From: a virus
Lineage: Duplodnaviria > Caudoviricetes
Length of the DNA: 44,585 nt
Virus record (IMG/VR): IMGVR_UViG_3300012971_000011
Span: 1-44,585 of that record
Direction: 5' to 3' (one strand)
Positions 1-9,032 of this stretch are shown piece after piece. The notes beneath the pieces are model-generated. The model saw only the letters and a list, made by a program, of their open reading frames with translations, did no database searches and was not told where the DNA came from. The position numbers were made by a program, and so were the translations under genes. Positions within the stretch are counted from its first letter, which is position 1. Every line of letters begins with the position of its first letter.

Positions 1-123
1 GATCTGGATGCGCGCCCAGTCGGTTGGGTCGTCGGTCGTCTTCTGGCACATGGTACAAGTGTACATTTAACCTACCTCAAAGATATTCATATTGCTGACG
101 TCGCTCGCAGCTTGTACGGACGC
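1..123. repeat. Terminal overlap identical to 44463-44585 (circular contig junction)
   Basis: The first 123 nt match the last 123 nt; the gene at 44328-44528 continues across the junction directly after the tail-fibre stop. Confidence 0.95.
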
Positions 124-2862
124 GCTCGTCCCAGACCGCACGACGCAGCGGATGTCATAGGTGTAGGTGCCCGCAGGCGGGTTATCGACGAAGACCGCCC
201 ACGGGTAGGGCATGACAACCGTGCCGCCGCAGCGTGCCGCGTACTGCCGGACTTGGTTAGTGTTGCGGTAGAGCCCAAGGAGAATTTGCGCGTTGCCTGA
301 CGAGCCCAGTTGGATGTAGGCGAGATTCATGGGGGCGAAGATGAGGACGAGACCGCCGCGCGTCGTGATAGCGGGGAATGTCGTGATAGCTCCACTCCAC
401 ACATCATAGGATGAGAAGTTGAACGTCGTATTGCTGGTTGTCGAGGTGGACGTGCCAACCGCCGCGCCGCCGTTCAGCTTGCCGGGGATGTTCAGGTTGC
501 CCGCGCTGTCGATGTTGAACATCCGCACCCACACTGGCGCGCCCGCCGTCGCGGGGGCACGGTAGGCGGCGAACTGGTCGTTGCTATCGACTTGGACTGA
601 CCAGCCGGGTCGCGTGCTGTCATCGAGGAGCGGATTTCCTGGTCCGGCGGCGACGTTCGACCGCACCAGGAAGCCGTAGGGGCTGAGCAGGCCGAAATGC
701 GCCTTCGCGGGCTGCGCCGCTCCCGAGAGCACGACGCCGTCCTGCGCCGGCGTCAACGCCGGGAGGGAGAGCGTGCCCGTCGCTCCATCGAGGACGAGCA
801 GGTTCGAGAAGGCGGGAGCGCCCGAGGTGGCGGGGGCGCGGACGATGCGGCAGGCGTCGATGGCACCGCCCCAGAGCTGGAATGTCCAGCACGGCTCCGC
901 CGTCGAGTCCTGGAGCGCCGAGGCTCCGGCATAGGAGTAGTTGAAGGCGAGCGAGGCGAAGGCGTTCGTGTCGGCGGCCTTGGCGCCGAGAAGGCGTCCC
1001 CTGGTGGTCCGCGCCGGCCAGACGAAGGCGTCGCCGACGGAGCCGGCATTGATGACCTTGAAGGAGTCGGTTGGGATGATGACGTTCCCCGCCTGGCGGG
1101 TGACCCAGGCGGAGCGGCTGGTCGTGAACCAGCGGACGTTGTTGGTGGAGGAGTTTGCTGCAATGATAGATACGCACTCGCCGGGAGCGAGGGTGATGAA
1201 GGAGAGCGAGGCGTCGATCGTATCGGTGCCGCTCGCCTGGATGGTGACCTGGTTCGCGGGGGTCGAGTCGGTGCGGGTGAAGCGAAAGACGGTGCCCTGG
1301 GCGACGGCGGACCAGAGGGGAAGCGTCAGGGTGACCGCGTTTAACGTCGCGGAGACCTGGTTCTCGTACTGGGTGGTGGAGAGGGTGCCGGTCGCGGCGG
1401 TCCAGGTGACGGGGGCGGTCCAGAAGGGACCGGAGGGGAGGTTGTCGAGCTGCGTCCAGGTGCTACCGACGCGACCCATGAAGTGGCCGGCGGTGTACTG
1501 GATGGCGCCCGCGAGGGGCGACGCGCGGACGTCGGCGCCGACCTGGAGGGAGTTCAGGAGGGTGGCGCCCTGGGCGTCGAGCGTGAGCTGGGTCGTCGCG
1601 GCGGGGGCGAACGCGATCGTCGTCCCGGCGGCGGAGGCGAGGGCGAGCGCGCCGTTGGTGCCGGTGATCGTCGGGGAGGAGGGGCCGGTGCCCTGGAGCC
1701 AGGAAAGGGCCTTCGCGTTGTCGAGCGAGAGGACGCCGGTCTGGTCCAAGCGGAGGAGCTGGGTCCCGGCGTCGGCGGTGTTCCACTCGAAGCCCTGCTG
1801 GCCGGCGTAGAACATCAGGAGGGCGTCATTGCCGATCAGGCCGGTGCGCTGGGTGATCGTCGATTGGGAGTTCGGGAAGACGATGCCGTCGCCGCCGCCG
1901 GAGAGCTGGATCCCGTAGTTGGTCCCTTTGGGAGTAAGATAGTTGTTGGCGACGTTCTCCAGCCAGAGGGAGTCGCCGGCGCCGCCCTGGGAGGGGAGCC
2001 AGGAGGCGTCGTAGTCGGCGTTCGAGTTCTTGGTGAGGACCTGGGTCGCGAGTCCGCCGGCGGGAATGCCGGGGAGCGGGAACTCGACCCAGCCGCCGTT
2101 CTTCCGCGCCTGGAGGACGCCGCCGACCGACTGGATGGTGCCGTTCAGCGGGGAGGCGTTCGTCGAGGCGCCGAGGGTGATGGCGCCGTTCACCTGGAGC
2201 ATCTCCGGCGTGGGGATCGTCGAGCCGCCGATCTCCAGGCCCTTCGTGTTCGGGAAGACCGTGTAGCCCGAGCCGTCGATCAGCAGGCGGAACTGGGGGG
2301 CGAGCTGGCCCGTGGGAGCAGTGGAGATCGACCAGGTGACTCCGCCCGTGCTGCCCGTCCAGGACTCCGAGGCGGTACAGAGTTCGGTGAAGGCTGGCTG
2401 GCTGCTGAGGGTCTGGATCAAGTCGTGGCGATAGACCGGCATCCCCGGGTTGATCGTCTCCATCGGGAGCACGGACTTCAGCCAGGAGGGATCGCCGGTC
2501 GGCGGGGCGGCGATCGTGAGCGCGCCGGTCTCGACCGGGTAGGCGCCGGCGGAGGGCTGGAGGTTCGCGCCGGTGTCGATCCAGAGCTGGCCGACGGTGG
2601 AGGCGGGAGCCCAGACCGGCGTCCCGTTCGCGTTGAGCATCAGGAGGTCGGAGGGGCTGCCGAAGGGTGTGGGGAGGAGCCGATCGACGATCTCCGGCGC
2701 GAGCATGTCGAGCGTAATCATGCCCGGGCCAATGATGTCACCGATCAGCTTAGCTACTACTCTATAAAGGCGGTCGTCGATGATGGCCCAGTTCCGGTTC
2801 TCGGCCTGGTTCGGGCCGAGGTCGAGATGGAGGTAGGGGGTCTGGTTCGGGGCGGCGCTCAT
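67..2862 (-). CDS. Long tail fibre / receptor-binding protein (about 931 aa)
   Basis: Start taken at MSAAPNQTPYLHL, overlapping the upstream stop. The protein is G/S/T/A-rich with internal repeats (DSTAEPCW..RAPATSGAP / DSTRPGW..RAPATAGAP). It has an N-terminal TPxLxL..NxNW motif and a C-terminal ITTRGG beta domain. Confidence 0.8.
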   Translation of the reverse strand: MSAAPNQTPYLHLDLGPNQAENRNWAIIDDRLYRVVAKLIGDIIGPGMITLDMLAPEIVDRLLPTPFGSPSDLLMLNANGTPVWAPASTVGQLWIDTGANLQPSAGAYPVETGALTIAAPPTGDPSWLKSVLPMETINPGMPVYRHDLIQTLSSQPAFTELCTASESWTGSTGGVTWSISTAPTGQLAPQFRLLIDGSGYTVFPNTKGLEIGGSTIPTPEMLQVNGAITLGASTNASPLNGTIQSVGGVLQARKNGGWVEFPLPGIPAGGLATQVLTKNSNADYDASWLPSQGGAGDSLWLENVANNYLTPKGTNYGIQLSGGGDGIVFPNSQSTITQRTGLIGNDALLMFYAGQQGFEWNTADAGTQLLRLDQTGVLSLDNAKALSWLQGTGPSSPTITGTNGALALASAAGTTIAFAPAATTQLTLDAQGATLLNSLQVGADVRASPLAGAIQYTAGHFMGRVGSTWTQLDNLPSGPFWTAPVTWTAATGTLSTTQYENQVSATLNAVTLTLPLWSAVAQGTVFRFTRTDSTPANQVTIQASGTDTIDASLSFITLAPGECVSIIAANSSTNNVRWFTTSRSAWVTRQAGNVIIPTDSFKVINAGSVGDAFVWPARTTRGRLLGAKAADTNAFASLAFNYSYAGASALQDSTAEPCWTFQLWGGAIDACRIVRAPATSGAPAFSNLLVLDGATGTLSLPALTPAQDGVVLSGAAQPAKAHFGLLSPYGFLVRSNVAAGPGNPLLDDSTRPGWSVQVDSNDQFAAYRAPATAGAPVWVRMFNIDSAGNLNIPGKLNGGAAVGTSTSTTSNTTFNFSSYDVWSGAITTFPAITTRGGLVLIFAPMNLAYIQLGSSGNAQILLGLYRNTNQVRQYAARCGGTVVMPYPWAVFVDNPPAGTYTYDIRCVVRSGTSASVQAASDVSNMNIFEVG

Positions 2863-3554
2863 GCGAGTTCGTAGCCCCAGGCGGCGCCGCCGTTCGAGAC
2901 GACGGAGACGGCGGTCGAGGAGGTCGCGACCATCAGATGGTAGGTGACGGTCTGCGCGGCGCGCTGGTCGAACGCGAGGAGGGTCGGCATCGGGACCGTC
3001 ACGATGGTGCCACCCGTCCCGCCGACGAGGGCGACGGCGGGCTGCTGCACCCAGACGTCGGGGGGATTCAAGGTCGCGACGCCCCAGCCGAGGCCCGCCC
3101 AGACGCTGGTGCCGGCTGGCTGGGCGGTGAACTGGATCTGGGCACCGAGGGAGGCGGCGAGGAGAATCGGGCCACCTCGGGTGGTGATCGCGGGGAGGGC
3201 GAGGACCTCCTGCCAGGTGGTGCCGGGGTTGTAGGTGTGGGAGCCGGAGAGGATCTGCTGGGCGAGGGTGCGGGTCTTCAAGGCCGAGACGGTGAGCGAG
3301 CCGGCAGGGAGGGTGACCGGGCCGTTCGGGACGACGAGCCACCCCTCGACGTCGAGCCCCTGGACGTGCGTCGCGCCGGCGACGGAGAGATCGCCCGGGA
3401 TCGGGAGCGGGGACGGGAGCTGGAGGGGTGAGCCGGGAAGGAAGGCGCGTCCGATCGTGTCGTCCAGCTTCCACCAGTTCTGGTTGGTCCCGTCGTCGGC
3501 GTTGAAGCGGAGCCGCAGCGTGGGGGTCCGCTGATCGAGCGTGGGATCGGGCAT
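2859..3554 (-). CDS. Short fibre/spike-like virion protein, paralogue of the long fibre termini
   Basis: Begins MPDPTLDQRTPTLRLRFNADDGTNQNWWKLDD; shares PAITTRGG with the C-terminus of 67-2862. Confidence 0.65.
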   Translation of the reverse strand: MPDPTLDQRTPTLRLRFNADDGTNQNWWKLDDTIGRAFLPGSPLQLPSPLPIPGDLSVAGATHVQGLDVEGWLVVPNGPVTLPAGSLTVSALKTRTLAQQILSGSHTYNPGTTWQEVLALPAITTRGGPILLAASLGAQIQFTAQPAGTSVWAGLGWGVATLNPPDVWVQQPAVALVGGTGGTIVTVPMPTLLAFDQRAAQTVTYHLMVATSSTAVSVVSNGGAAWGYELA

Positions 3555-3709
3555 CACGGGCTCGCGGCAGGCGCGTTCAGCGGGATGTGGCAGACCTCGC
3601 ACTCGGCTTGCTCGCCGGGATCCATCTCGTACTTGGCGGGGCAGCGCGGGCAGTAGACGAGGAGTTTCACGGGGTCGCCCGAGCCCGGGTAGACCCAGTG
3701 GCTAGCCAT
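3554..3709 (-). CDS. Small zinc-ribbon protein (51 aa)
   Basis: MASHWVYPG..CPRC..CEVC; overlaps both neighbours. Confidence 0.55.
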   Translation of the reverse strand: MASHWVYPGSGDPVKLLVYCPRCPAKYEMDPGEQAECEVCHIPLNAPAASP

Positions 3710-4049
3710 CGAGGAGCCCCACGGGGACGGTGATCGCGAGGCCGGCGAGGGTGGTGATCGCGCGCCGGATGTTGTGGTTCTGCGCCTGGTCCGGGGTGAA
3801 GCGGACGGTCTTCGCGGCGGAGACGGTGCCCCCGCCGAGGAGCGTGTCGAAGACGATCCAGTTCTGGTTCATCACCTCCTGGCTCGTGTAGGTGAGGCCG
3901 ACGACCGGGGTGAGCGGCGGGGTGCCGGGTGTCCAGGTGTGGGGGGTGATCGGGAGGGACGCGGCCTTCGCCTGGAGTGCCAGGTCGAGGCGCGTCCAGT
4001 TCGCGTTGGTCGCCTCGTCGTCGGCGGACATGAAATTGGCGCTCGGCAT
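3702..4049 (-). CDS. Virion protein made of three copies of the fibre N-terminal NxN(W/I) motif
   Basis: Contains TNANWTRLD, MNQNWIVFD and QNHNIRRAI; GGAGG RBS upstream. Confidence 0.55.
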   Translation of the reverse strand: MPSANFMSADDEATNANWTRLDLALQAKAASLPITPHTWTPGTPPLTPVVGLTYTSQEVMNQNWIVFDTLLGGGTVSAAKTVRFTPDQAQNHNIRRAITTLAGLAITVPVGLLDG

Positions 4050-4060
4050 GGGGGCCTCCT

Positions 4061-4930
4061 CTACCAGAGTCGATCGGCGCTAGCCAGTTTGGAAAGTTGC
4101 TGGACGCGATCCTGGCCGGCGGCGTCGAGATTGTCGAAGCCGTAGCGGAGCGCATCGACCAGGTCCTTCATCGGGTGCGTCTTCACGGGGCGGTAGGGAG
4201 GAAGGGCGGAGAGGTGGAAGCCGCCGGAGAGGGCTTCGATCAGGTTCGGGCACTTCGGGGAGATCAAGATGGCGGGCTCGTGCCCGAGACGCGGGACCAG
4301 GACCGAGCGGAGGAAGCGCTCGCGGAGCGCGGCGTAGGAGACCTCCGAGCCGGGGCGGTTGGTGTGCATGTGGATGCCCGCGCGCTCCAGGAGTTCGGCG
4401 ATCGTTCCGAGCGAGCCGACGGAGTTGGCTTCGGGGTCGCCGGCGTCGAAGAAGTCGGAGCGCGTCACCAGATCGAGGGAGATCGCCTTCACCATCGGGA
4501 GGAGCTGATCCAGGGGGGAGTTGAAGGGACAGAGTTCGCGGTGGACGACCACCTGGGAGTAGGGGGTGAGCTGGCAGAAGAGGACGACCGGGGAGACGGC
4601 GCCGAAGTCCCAGAAGCGCAGCAGTCTACTGTCTCTCTGGATAGGGAGGTCTCGGACGTGCTTGTTGGCGTCGAACTCGGGGACGACCGGCTCGCCCTCG
4701 GGGGTGGTCCAGGAGATCTCGTACTCGCGCTGCCAGGCACGCAGCGAGAGGCCTTCGGAGGTCTTCTGCTTCCAGGCCTCCGCCCGCTTCGTCGGATCGG
4801 CGGTGTAGTGTAAACGCAGAACGAAGAAGCCGTTGCGCGGGTTGCGCCACTCGGTGACGCCCCGGCGCGGGGTACCCGCATGCTCGGGGGGGCGGTCGAT
4901 CAGGCGCTCGGTCTGCTGGCTCTCACTCAC
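4061..4930 (-). CDS. terL: Terminase large subunit, C-terminal half (ATPase lid segment + RNase H-like nuclease)
   Basis: LHYTADP..WQREYEISW lid/linker, WDFG (first catalytic Asp), GDPEA and KDLVDALRY nuclease motifs. Own GAGGAG RBS and GTG start (alternative start 4948). Confidence 0.85.
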   Translation of the reverse strand: MSESQQTERLIDRPPEHAGTPRRGVTEWRNPRNGFFVLRLHYTADPTKRAEAWKQKTSEGLSLRAWQREYEISWTTPEGEPVVPEFDANKHVRDLPIQRDSRLLRFWDFGAVSPVVLFCQLTPYSQVVVHRELCPFNSPLDQLLPMVKAISLDLVTRSDFFDAGDPEANSVGSLGTIAELLERAGIHMHTNRPGSEVSYAALRERFLRSVLVPRLGHEPAILISPKCPNLIEALSGGFHLSALPPYRPVKTHPMKDLVDALRYGFDNLDAAGQDRVQQLSKLASADRLW

Positions 4931-5204
4931 TCGGGGGCTCCTCGTCACCGAGGGGAGGGGGCGTCGGCTGCCAGGGCGGGGGTGCTTCGGCGGCGCGCTC
5001 TCCCAGGCGGTAGCCAGCGAGGAAGAACTGGAGGGCCTGGGCGTCGGGGATGGTGAGGCGGTCGCCGAAGTCGGAGAGGATCTCGGCGCCCTGGCCGGAG
5101 AGCGCGGGCAAGACGAGGGCCGGGACCTGGAGCTGCCAGAACTCGGCGCGCACCTGGTCGGCGAAGCTGGGCTGGGGGGGGATGCCGGCGAGGGGGATCT
5201 GCAT
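4923..5204 (-). CDS. Hypothetical protein (93 aa)
   Basis: ORF packed between neighbours in the - strand operon. Confidence 0.55.
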   Translation of the reverse strand: MQIPLAGIPPQPSFADQVRAEFWQLQVPALVLPALSGQGAEILSDFGDRLTIPDAQALQFFLAGYRLGERAAEAPPPWQPTPPPLGDEEPPSE

Positions 5205-5205
5205 G

Positions 5206-5319
5206 TCAGGGCTCCCTATCGTGACGACGATTCAGCCAGGACCAGATGATGTCGAGTCCGACCAGCGCGAAGACGATCAGGACGAGGGCGCCGACGACGC
5301 CGAAGATCGTCTGCCACAC
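5206..5319 (-). CDS. Small single-TM membrane protein (37 aa), possible lysis accessory
   Basis: MWQTIFGVVGALVLIVFALVGLDIIWSWLNRRHDREP; GTG start abuts the upstream stop. Confidence 0.5.
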   Translation of the reverse strand: MWQTIFGVVGALVLIVFALVGLDIIWSWLNRRHDREP

Positions 5320-5523
5320 CTACTTCCGCCGCATCTTGGCGAAGGTCTTCGCCAGGTTCGCTTGGCGCTTCGTCTGCGTCGAGGCACCGGAGCCTTTCTT
5401 CGTCACCTTGCTCGCGTAGGCGGCGGTGCTCATGCCAGCCGCCTGGGCTTTCTTCTTGAACGCTCCAGGGTGCTTGATGACGCTGCCTCGGGGTTTCCCG
5501 AAGAGTGTCCCTTTCTTTGCCAT
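5320..5523 (-). CDS. Small Lys/Ala-rich basic protein (67 aa)
   Basis: MAKKGTLFG..IKHPGAFKKKA..RQANLAKTFAKMRRK. Confidence 0.7.
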   Translation of the reverse strand: MAKKGTLFGKPRGSVIKHPGAFKKKAQAAGMSTAAYASKVTKKGSGASTQTKRQANLAKTFAKMRRK

Positions 5524-6104
5524 TAGAATGGAGCCCCTTGCCCATGGGTGAGGGCGTTGGTGAAGCGGACGGCGTAGTTCGCGATCGTCTGGGCCTGATC
5601 CAGGCCGTTCACGATCTTCCTGGCATTGTAGTAGTCGGTCTGGGAGTCGTTGATGTACTTCGGGAGGCCGACGCCGGTGAAGTCGCCGTCCTGCATGCCG
5701 CCGAAGATGATCTCGGTCGCCACCTGGAGGTCGAGGGCGGTGTCGGCGACCTGGACGAGCTGGCCATTCAACTTGAGTTTCTTATCTTGCTTGTCGTAGT
5801 TGGTGTACCAGGTGAGCTGGACGAAGCCTCTCCCGTAGTAGACCTGGTTGTAGGGACCGTCCGGTTGTCCGTAGGGTTTGCCCTTGCCCTTCCCGTACTC
5901 GCTGATTGGTTGCATGGTGAGGGCGGTTTCATGGTAGGTGGTTGCCAGGAGATAGGCTAACCATCTATCATCCCATGCGAGCTGCTCGGCCCAGTCGAGG
6001 AGCGCGGTCTGGCCATCGACCTGACTCTGGTTCATGGAGCCGGAGAAGAGGGAGCCCCGGACGGAGTCGAAGTAGTATTTGCGGTTGATCGCGCCTGCGC
6101 TCAT
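5523..6104 (-). CDS. Endolysin, glycoside hydrolase family 19 (lysozyme-like fold)
   Basis: YLLATTYHET, YYGRGFVQLTWYTNY and ARKIVNG motifs typical of phage GH19 lysins. Confidence 0.88.
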   Translation of the reverse strand: MSAGAINRKYYFDSVRGSLFSGSMNQSQVDGQTALLDWAEQLAWDDRWLAYLLATTYHETALTMQPISEYGKGKGKPYGQPDGPYNQVYYGRGFVQLTWYTNYDKQDKKLKLNGQLVQVADTALDLQVATEIIFGGMQDGDFTGVGLPKYINDSQTDYYNARKIVNGLDQAQTIANYAVRFTNALTHGQGAPF

Positions 6105-6499
6105 CAGTGCTTCTCCCCTGTCGCGCGCTTGATCGTCTCCAGCTCGTCCCGGCGGACCTTGACGAGGAGGGAGGCGTCGTCCTCGATCTTCCGCAGCAGG
6201 GCGAGCTGCGCGTTCATGTTCTCGGCGTGCTGGGCCATGTACTGGGACTGGGCCTTCAGCTCCTGGGTCTGCGCTTTCAGCTCACCGACGAACATCTCGA
6301 CGGCGGCGGCGTTCTGGCCCATGCGGGTGGTGATGGCGTTCATATTGTCCTGGAATCTAGTAAGTAAGAACCACAACAATACACCAGCCACCACGACGGG
6401 GAAGCCGACCTGGACGATGACGCGGCTGGCGACATCGACCCAGCCTTGGCCGGGGATGATGACCTGGGTTTGCGGACCCCCGCCAGGGCCGTTCGCCAT
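6104..6499 (-). CDS. Putative holin (one TM segment + coiled coil)
   Basis: VGFPVVVAGVLLWFLL TM segment followed by a heptad-rich tail; directly upstream of the endolysin. Confidence 0.6.
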   Translation of the reverse strand: MANGPGGGPQTQVIIPGQGWVDVASRVIVQVGFPVVVAGVLLWFLLTRFQDNMNAITTRMGQNAAAVEMFVGELKAQTQELKAQSQYMAQHAENMNAQLALLRKIEDDASLLVKVRRDELETIKRATGEKH

Positions 6500-6505
6500 G
6501 GGATG

Positions 6506-6652
6506 TCAATGGATGGTGGCAACGTGCCCGAGGAGTTCGGAGAGGATCCAGAGCCCGAGCCCGAGCGCGGTCAGGTTGGCGCGCGGGATGGGAGCCTGGG
6601 CCGCTGCCAGGATGAAGCAGATGAAGGCGAGGACCAGGAGGACGAGGCTCAT
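6506..6652 (-). CDS. Small two-TM membrane protein (48 aa), possible holin/antiholin
   Basis: MSLVLLVLAFICFILAAAQAPIPRANLTALGLGLWILSELLGHVATIH. Confidence 0.6.
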   Translation of the reverse strand: MSLVLLVLAFICFILAAAQAPIPRANLTALGLGLWILSELLGHVATIH

Positions 6653-6942
6653 GGCGCGTAGACGCGCTCGCCCATGGCGGGGTTGCGGCGGAGGTCCGAG
6701 AGCATGAAGTAGAGCTGGTCGATGACGACGTCGCCCGGGACCGACCAGGCGGCGGAGATGGCGGAGATGAACTGGTTCAGCTCGTCGAAGAGGTTGGCGC
6801 CGCGCTGGGAGCTGCCCCGGGAGTCGAAGGAGAGATTCTGGGTGCCGGTCTGGCCCCGGATCTCGACGCCCGAGCCGCCGACGTAGCGTCCGATGATCTG
6901 CGGGGTGGTGACGGTCCCGGTCACTGTGACTTGTGCTGCCAT
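6649..6942 (-). CDS. Hypothetical protein (97 aa)
   Basis: Strong AGGAGG RBS; typical codon usage. Confidence 0.65.
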   Translation of the reverse strand: MAAQVTVTGTVTTPQIIGRYVGGSGVEIRGQTGTQNLSFDSRGSSQRGANLFDELNQFISAISAAWSVPGDVVIDQLYFMLSDLRRNPAMGERVYAP

Positions 6943-6968
6943 GGTTACCTCCTATCTTACTAGCTCGA

Positions 6969-7139
6969 CTAGCTCGATGCGGGCCAGTTGCTGCCGTTGA
7001 CGTAGCCGTAGTCGGTCGTCCACCCGCCCCCCGGGATGGAGACGGCGGGAGGCGGAGCGACCGGCAGGGCGGCGGGCGTGGGCTCCTCGGTCGGGTGATC
7101 CGAGAGGAAGCGGGCGTCGATGGCGGAGCGCTGGGACAT
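6969..7139 (-). CDS. Hypothetical Pro-rich protein (56 aa)
   Basis: MSQRSAIDARFLSDHPTEEP..; fills the gap in the operon; weak RBS. Confidence 0.4.
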   Translation of the reverse strand: MSQRSAIDARFLSDHPTEEPTPAALPVAPPPAVSIPGGGWTTDYGYVNGSNWPASS

Positions 7140-7156
7140 GGGGAGGGTGGCGACGG

Positions 7157-7456
7157 CTAGCTCCCAGCCGGCGGGTCGTCGCCAGAGGATTTTCCCGTGG
7201 CGGGATCCACGGCGTCTCCCTCCCCGGTGGAGGCGGGGGGCGTCTCCCGGAGGTAGGGGTTGTCGGTGATGAGGCCCGAGCGGGGGGTCTCGTCGTCCGG
7301 GGCGAGCTGGGCTTCGGCCTGGGCGAGGAGATCGAGATACTCGGCTTCCTCGGCGGAGGCCTGGGCGGCGGCTTGGCGACAGGACCGGACGGCGTCGGCG
7401 AGCGCCGGGACCCGCTGGGCGAGCGGCATCTGGCCGATGTTCTGGAGGAGCGGCAT
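7157..7456 (-). CDS. Hypothetical protein (99 aa)
   Basis: AGGAGG RBS; helical N-terminus. Confidence 0.65.
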   Translation of the reverse strand: MPLLQNIGQMPLAQRVPALADAVRSCRQAAAQASAEEAEYLDLLAQAEAQLAPDDETPRSGLITDNPYLRETPPASTGEGDAVDPATGKSSGDDPPAGS

Positions 7457-7481
7457 GGGAGCCTCCTAGAAAGTTACGGCG

Positions 7482-7754
7482 TTAGGGCTGGTAGAGCCGG
7501 GAGACGGCGGGGGTCTCGCGATTCATCATCGCGGTGACGACGATCATCAGGAGGGCCTTGGCGGGGTTGAAGCCGATCCCGTAGCCGTCCGCCATCGCCT
7601 GGACGAAGGCGACGAGTTCGGGGAGATCGCCGGACTTGAGCAGTTCGGGCTGGATGCGATCGACATGGGGGACGTTCGGGTCCGTCTTGTCCATGTTGGT
7701 CGCGTCGAAGGAGATCGGGGTCCAGGTCCCGGACCACACGGCGGTTGCACTCAT
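7482..7754 (-). CDS. Hypothetical protein (90 aa)
   Basis: AAGGAGG RBS; typical codon usage. Confidence 0.65.
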   Translation of the reverse strand: MSATAVWSGTWTPISFDATNMDKTDPNVPHVDRIQPELLKSGDLPELVAFVQAMADGYGIGFNPAKALLMIVVTAMMNRETPAVSRLYQP

Positions 7755-7778
7755 AGATAGCCTCCTTACTTCTTAGGG

Positions 7779-8516
7779 CTAGTAGATTCCACGGTTCATG
7801 AACGGATTGACGTAGCGCCCCCCACCGAGGAGCTGGAGGAGGGAGAGCGGCGGGTTGTTCTGGTTCGCCGGCTGCGACGGGGGTGCGGGAAGCTGGCTCC
7901 CTCCTCCGCCGCCCTGGGGATTTAAGTAGGGGGCGAGCTGCTGGGTGAGGCGGCGCTCGACCAACTGGCGGACGGTGTTGCCGAAGCCCTGGGTGGTGTC
8001 GAGGCCGTAGGTCTTCATGAGGTATTGCTGGAAGGGGGAAGCCTGGGCCGCGTTGGCGACCGCGTCGGTTGCTGCACCCGAGCCGGAGGACATGGGGGCG
8101 GCGTTGGCGTAGGGCGTCCCACCCGGGGGACCGCCCGCAGCGGTGGGAGAGCCGACACCCGGGACGGAGGTGATCCCGGTGAGGGACGGGGTGCCGGAGG
8201 TGGGGGCGTAGGGACCGACGCCGAGGCCGGGACCGTTCGGCTGGAAAAGGCCCGCGCCGGCGGAGGAGGCACCCGAGCTGACGGAGGCGGGGATGGCGCC
8301 AGCGCCTCCCGAGGCGGCGCCAGCGGCGGCGGGAGCGGCGCCGGAGGAGGCGCCCATGCCGGCCCCCATGCCGAGCCCGTGCATCATCGAGCCGAGCGCC
8401 CCGCCCATCGAGCTGAGGGCGCCAGCGCCCATCGAGCCGAGGGCGGAGCCAGCGGCGCCGGCAGCACCCGCCGCACCCGAGGCGGCGGCGGCGAGGAGGG
8501 GAGCGAGAAAGGCCAT
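7779..8516 (-). CDS. Gly/Ala-rich protein resembling DNA-ejection (pilot) proteins
   Basis: Hydrophobic MAFLAPLLAAAASG start and G/A/S/M low-complexity helix, as in podoviral ejection proteins. Confidence 0.5.
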   Translation of the reverse strand: MAFLAPLLAAAASGAAGAAGAAGSALGSMGAGALSSMGGALGSMMHGLGMGAGMGASSGAAPAAAGAASGGAGAIPASVSSGASSAGAGLFQPNGPGLGVGPYAPTSGTPSLTGITSVPGVGSPTAAGGPPGGTPYANAAPMSSGSGAATDAVANAAQASPFQQYLMKTYGLDTTQGFGNTVRQLVERRLTQQLAPYLNPQGGGGGSQLPAPPSQPANQNNPPLSLLQLLGGGRYVNPFMNRGIY

Positions 8517-8527
8517 TTTCTACCTCT

Positions 8528-9019
8528 TTAGGTCTGTCCCCGGACGGGCCAGGAGAGGAAGGTGACCTCGCCCGCCGCGTTGGTCAGATCGAAGTCGTGG
8601 CCGAAGGGGTTGTAGCGGACCTCGTAGTTCTGGAGGCCCGAGGCCTGGGGGAACTCCAGGTAGGACGTGGTCACCTGGACGAGGTCGCCGCCGAGCGTGT
8701 AGGCGCAGTTGGTGTTCGAGCGTTGCTGGCCGAGCCCGTCGTAGACGCGGATCCGTCCGTTGCCGAGTCCGGAGCCGGCGGCGAGGGCGCCCCGGATCGC
8801 GATCAGGAAGAGGACGACGCCCCCCTGGACGACGGCGATCTGGGAGAGGTCGAAGATCTTGGTCTCGACGCCGGTGGGGCAGAGGACCTGGGAGACGAGG
8901 GCGCTGCGTTGCATCAGGGGAGCGCTCGACCCCGCTTGCGCCTGGAGCGCCACGATGGCGGCATTCAAGCGCGAGAAGTTGATGTTCAGGCCAGCATCGG
9001 CGGTGGTCTCAAGGAACAT
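8528..9019 (-). CDS. Short fibre/spike-like paralogue (163 aa)
   Basis: Start MFLETTADAGLNINFSRL after GGAGG; IAVVQGGVVLFL aligns with the ITTRGGxxL domain. Confidence 0.55.
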   Translation of the reverse strand: MFLETTADAGLNINFSRLNAAIVALQAQAGSSAPLMQRSALVSQVLCPTGVETKIFDLSQIAVVQGGVVLFLIAIRGALAAGSGLGNGRIRVYDGLGQQRSNTNCAYTLGGDLVQVTTSYLEFPQASGLQNYEVRYNPFGHDFDLTNAAGEVTFLSWPVRGQT

Positions 9020-9032
9020 GGGGACCTCCGGC

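Noticed and set aside
2863-3474. N-terminal 204 aa of the 1135-aa ORF call
   Set aside because: Arg/Pro-rich shadow frame overlapping the real gene 2859-3554; the true start is at 2862.
67-3554. Diversity-generating retroelement acting on the fibre tips
   Set aside because: No reverse transcriptase and no near-identical TR/VR pair differing at adenines; the similarity is only at protein-motif level.
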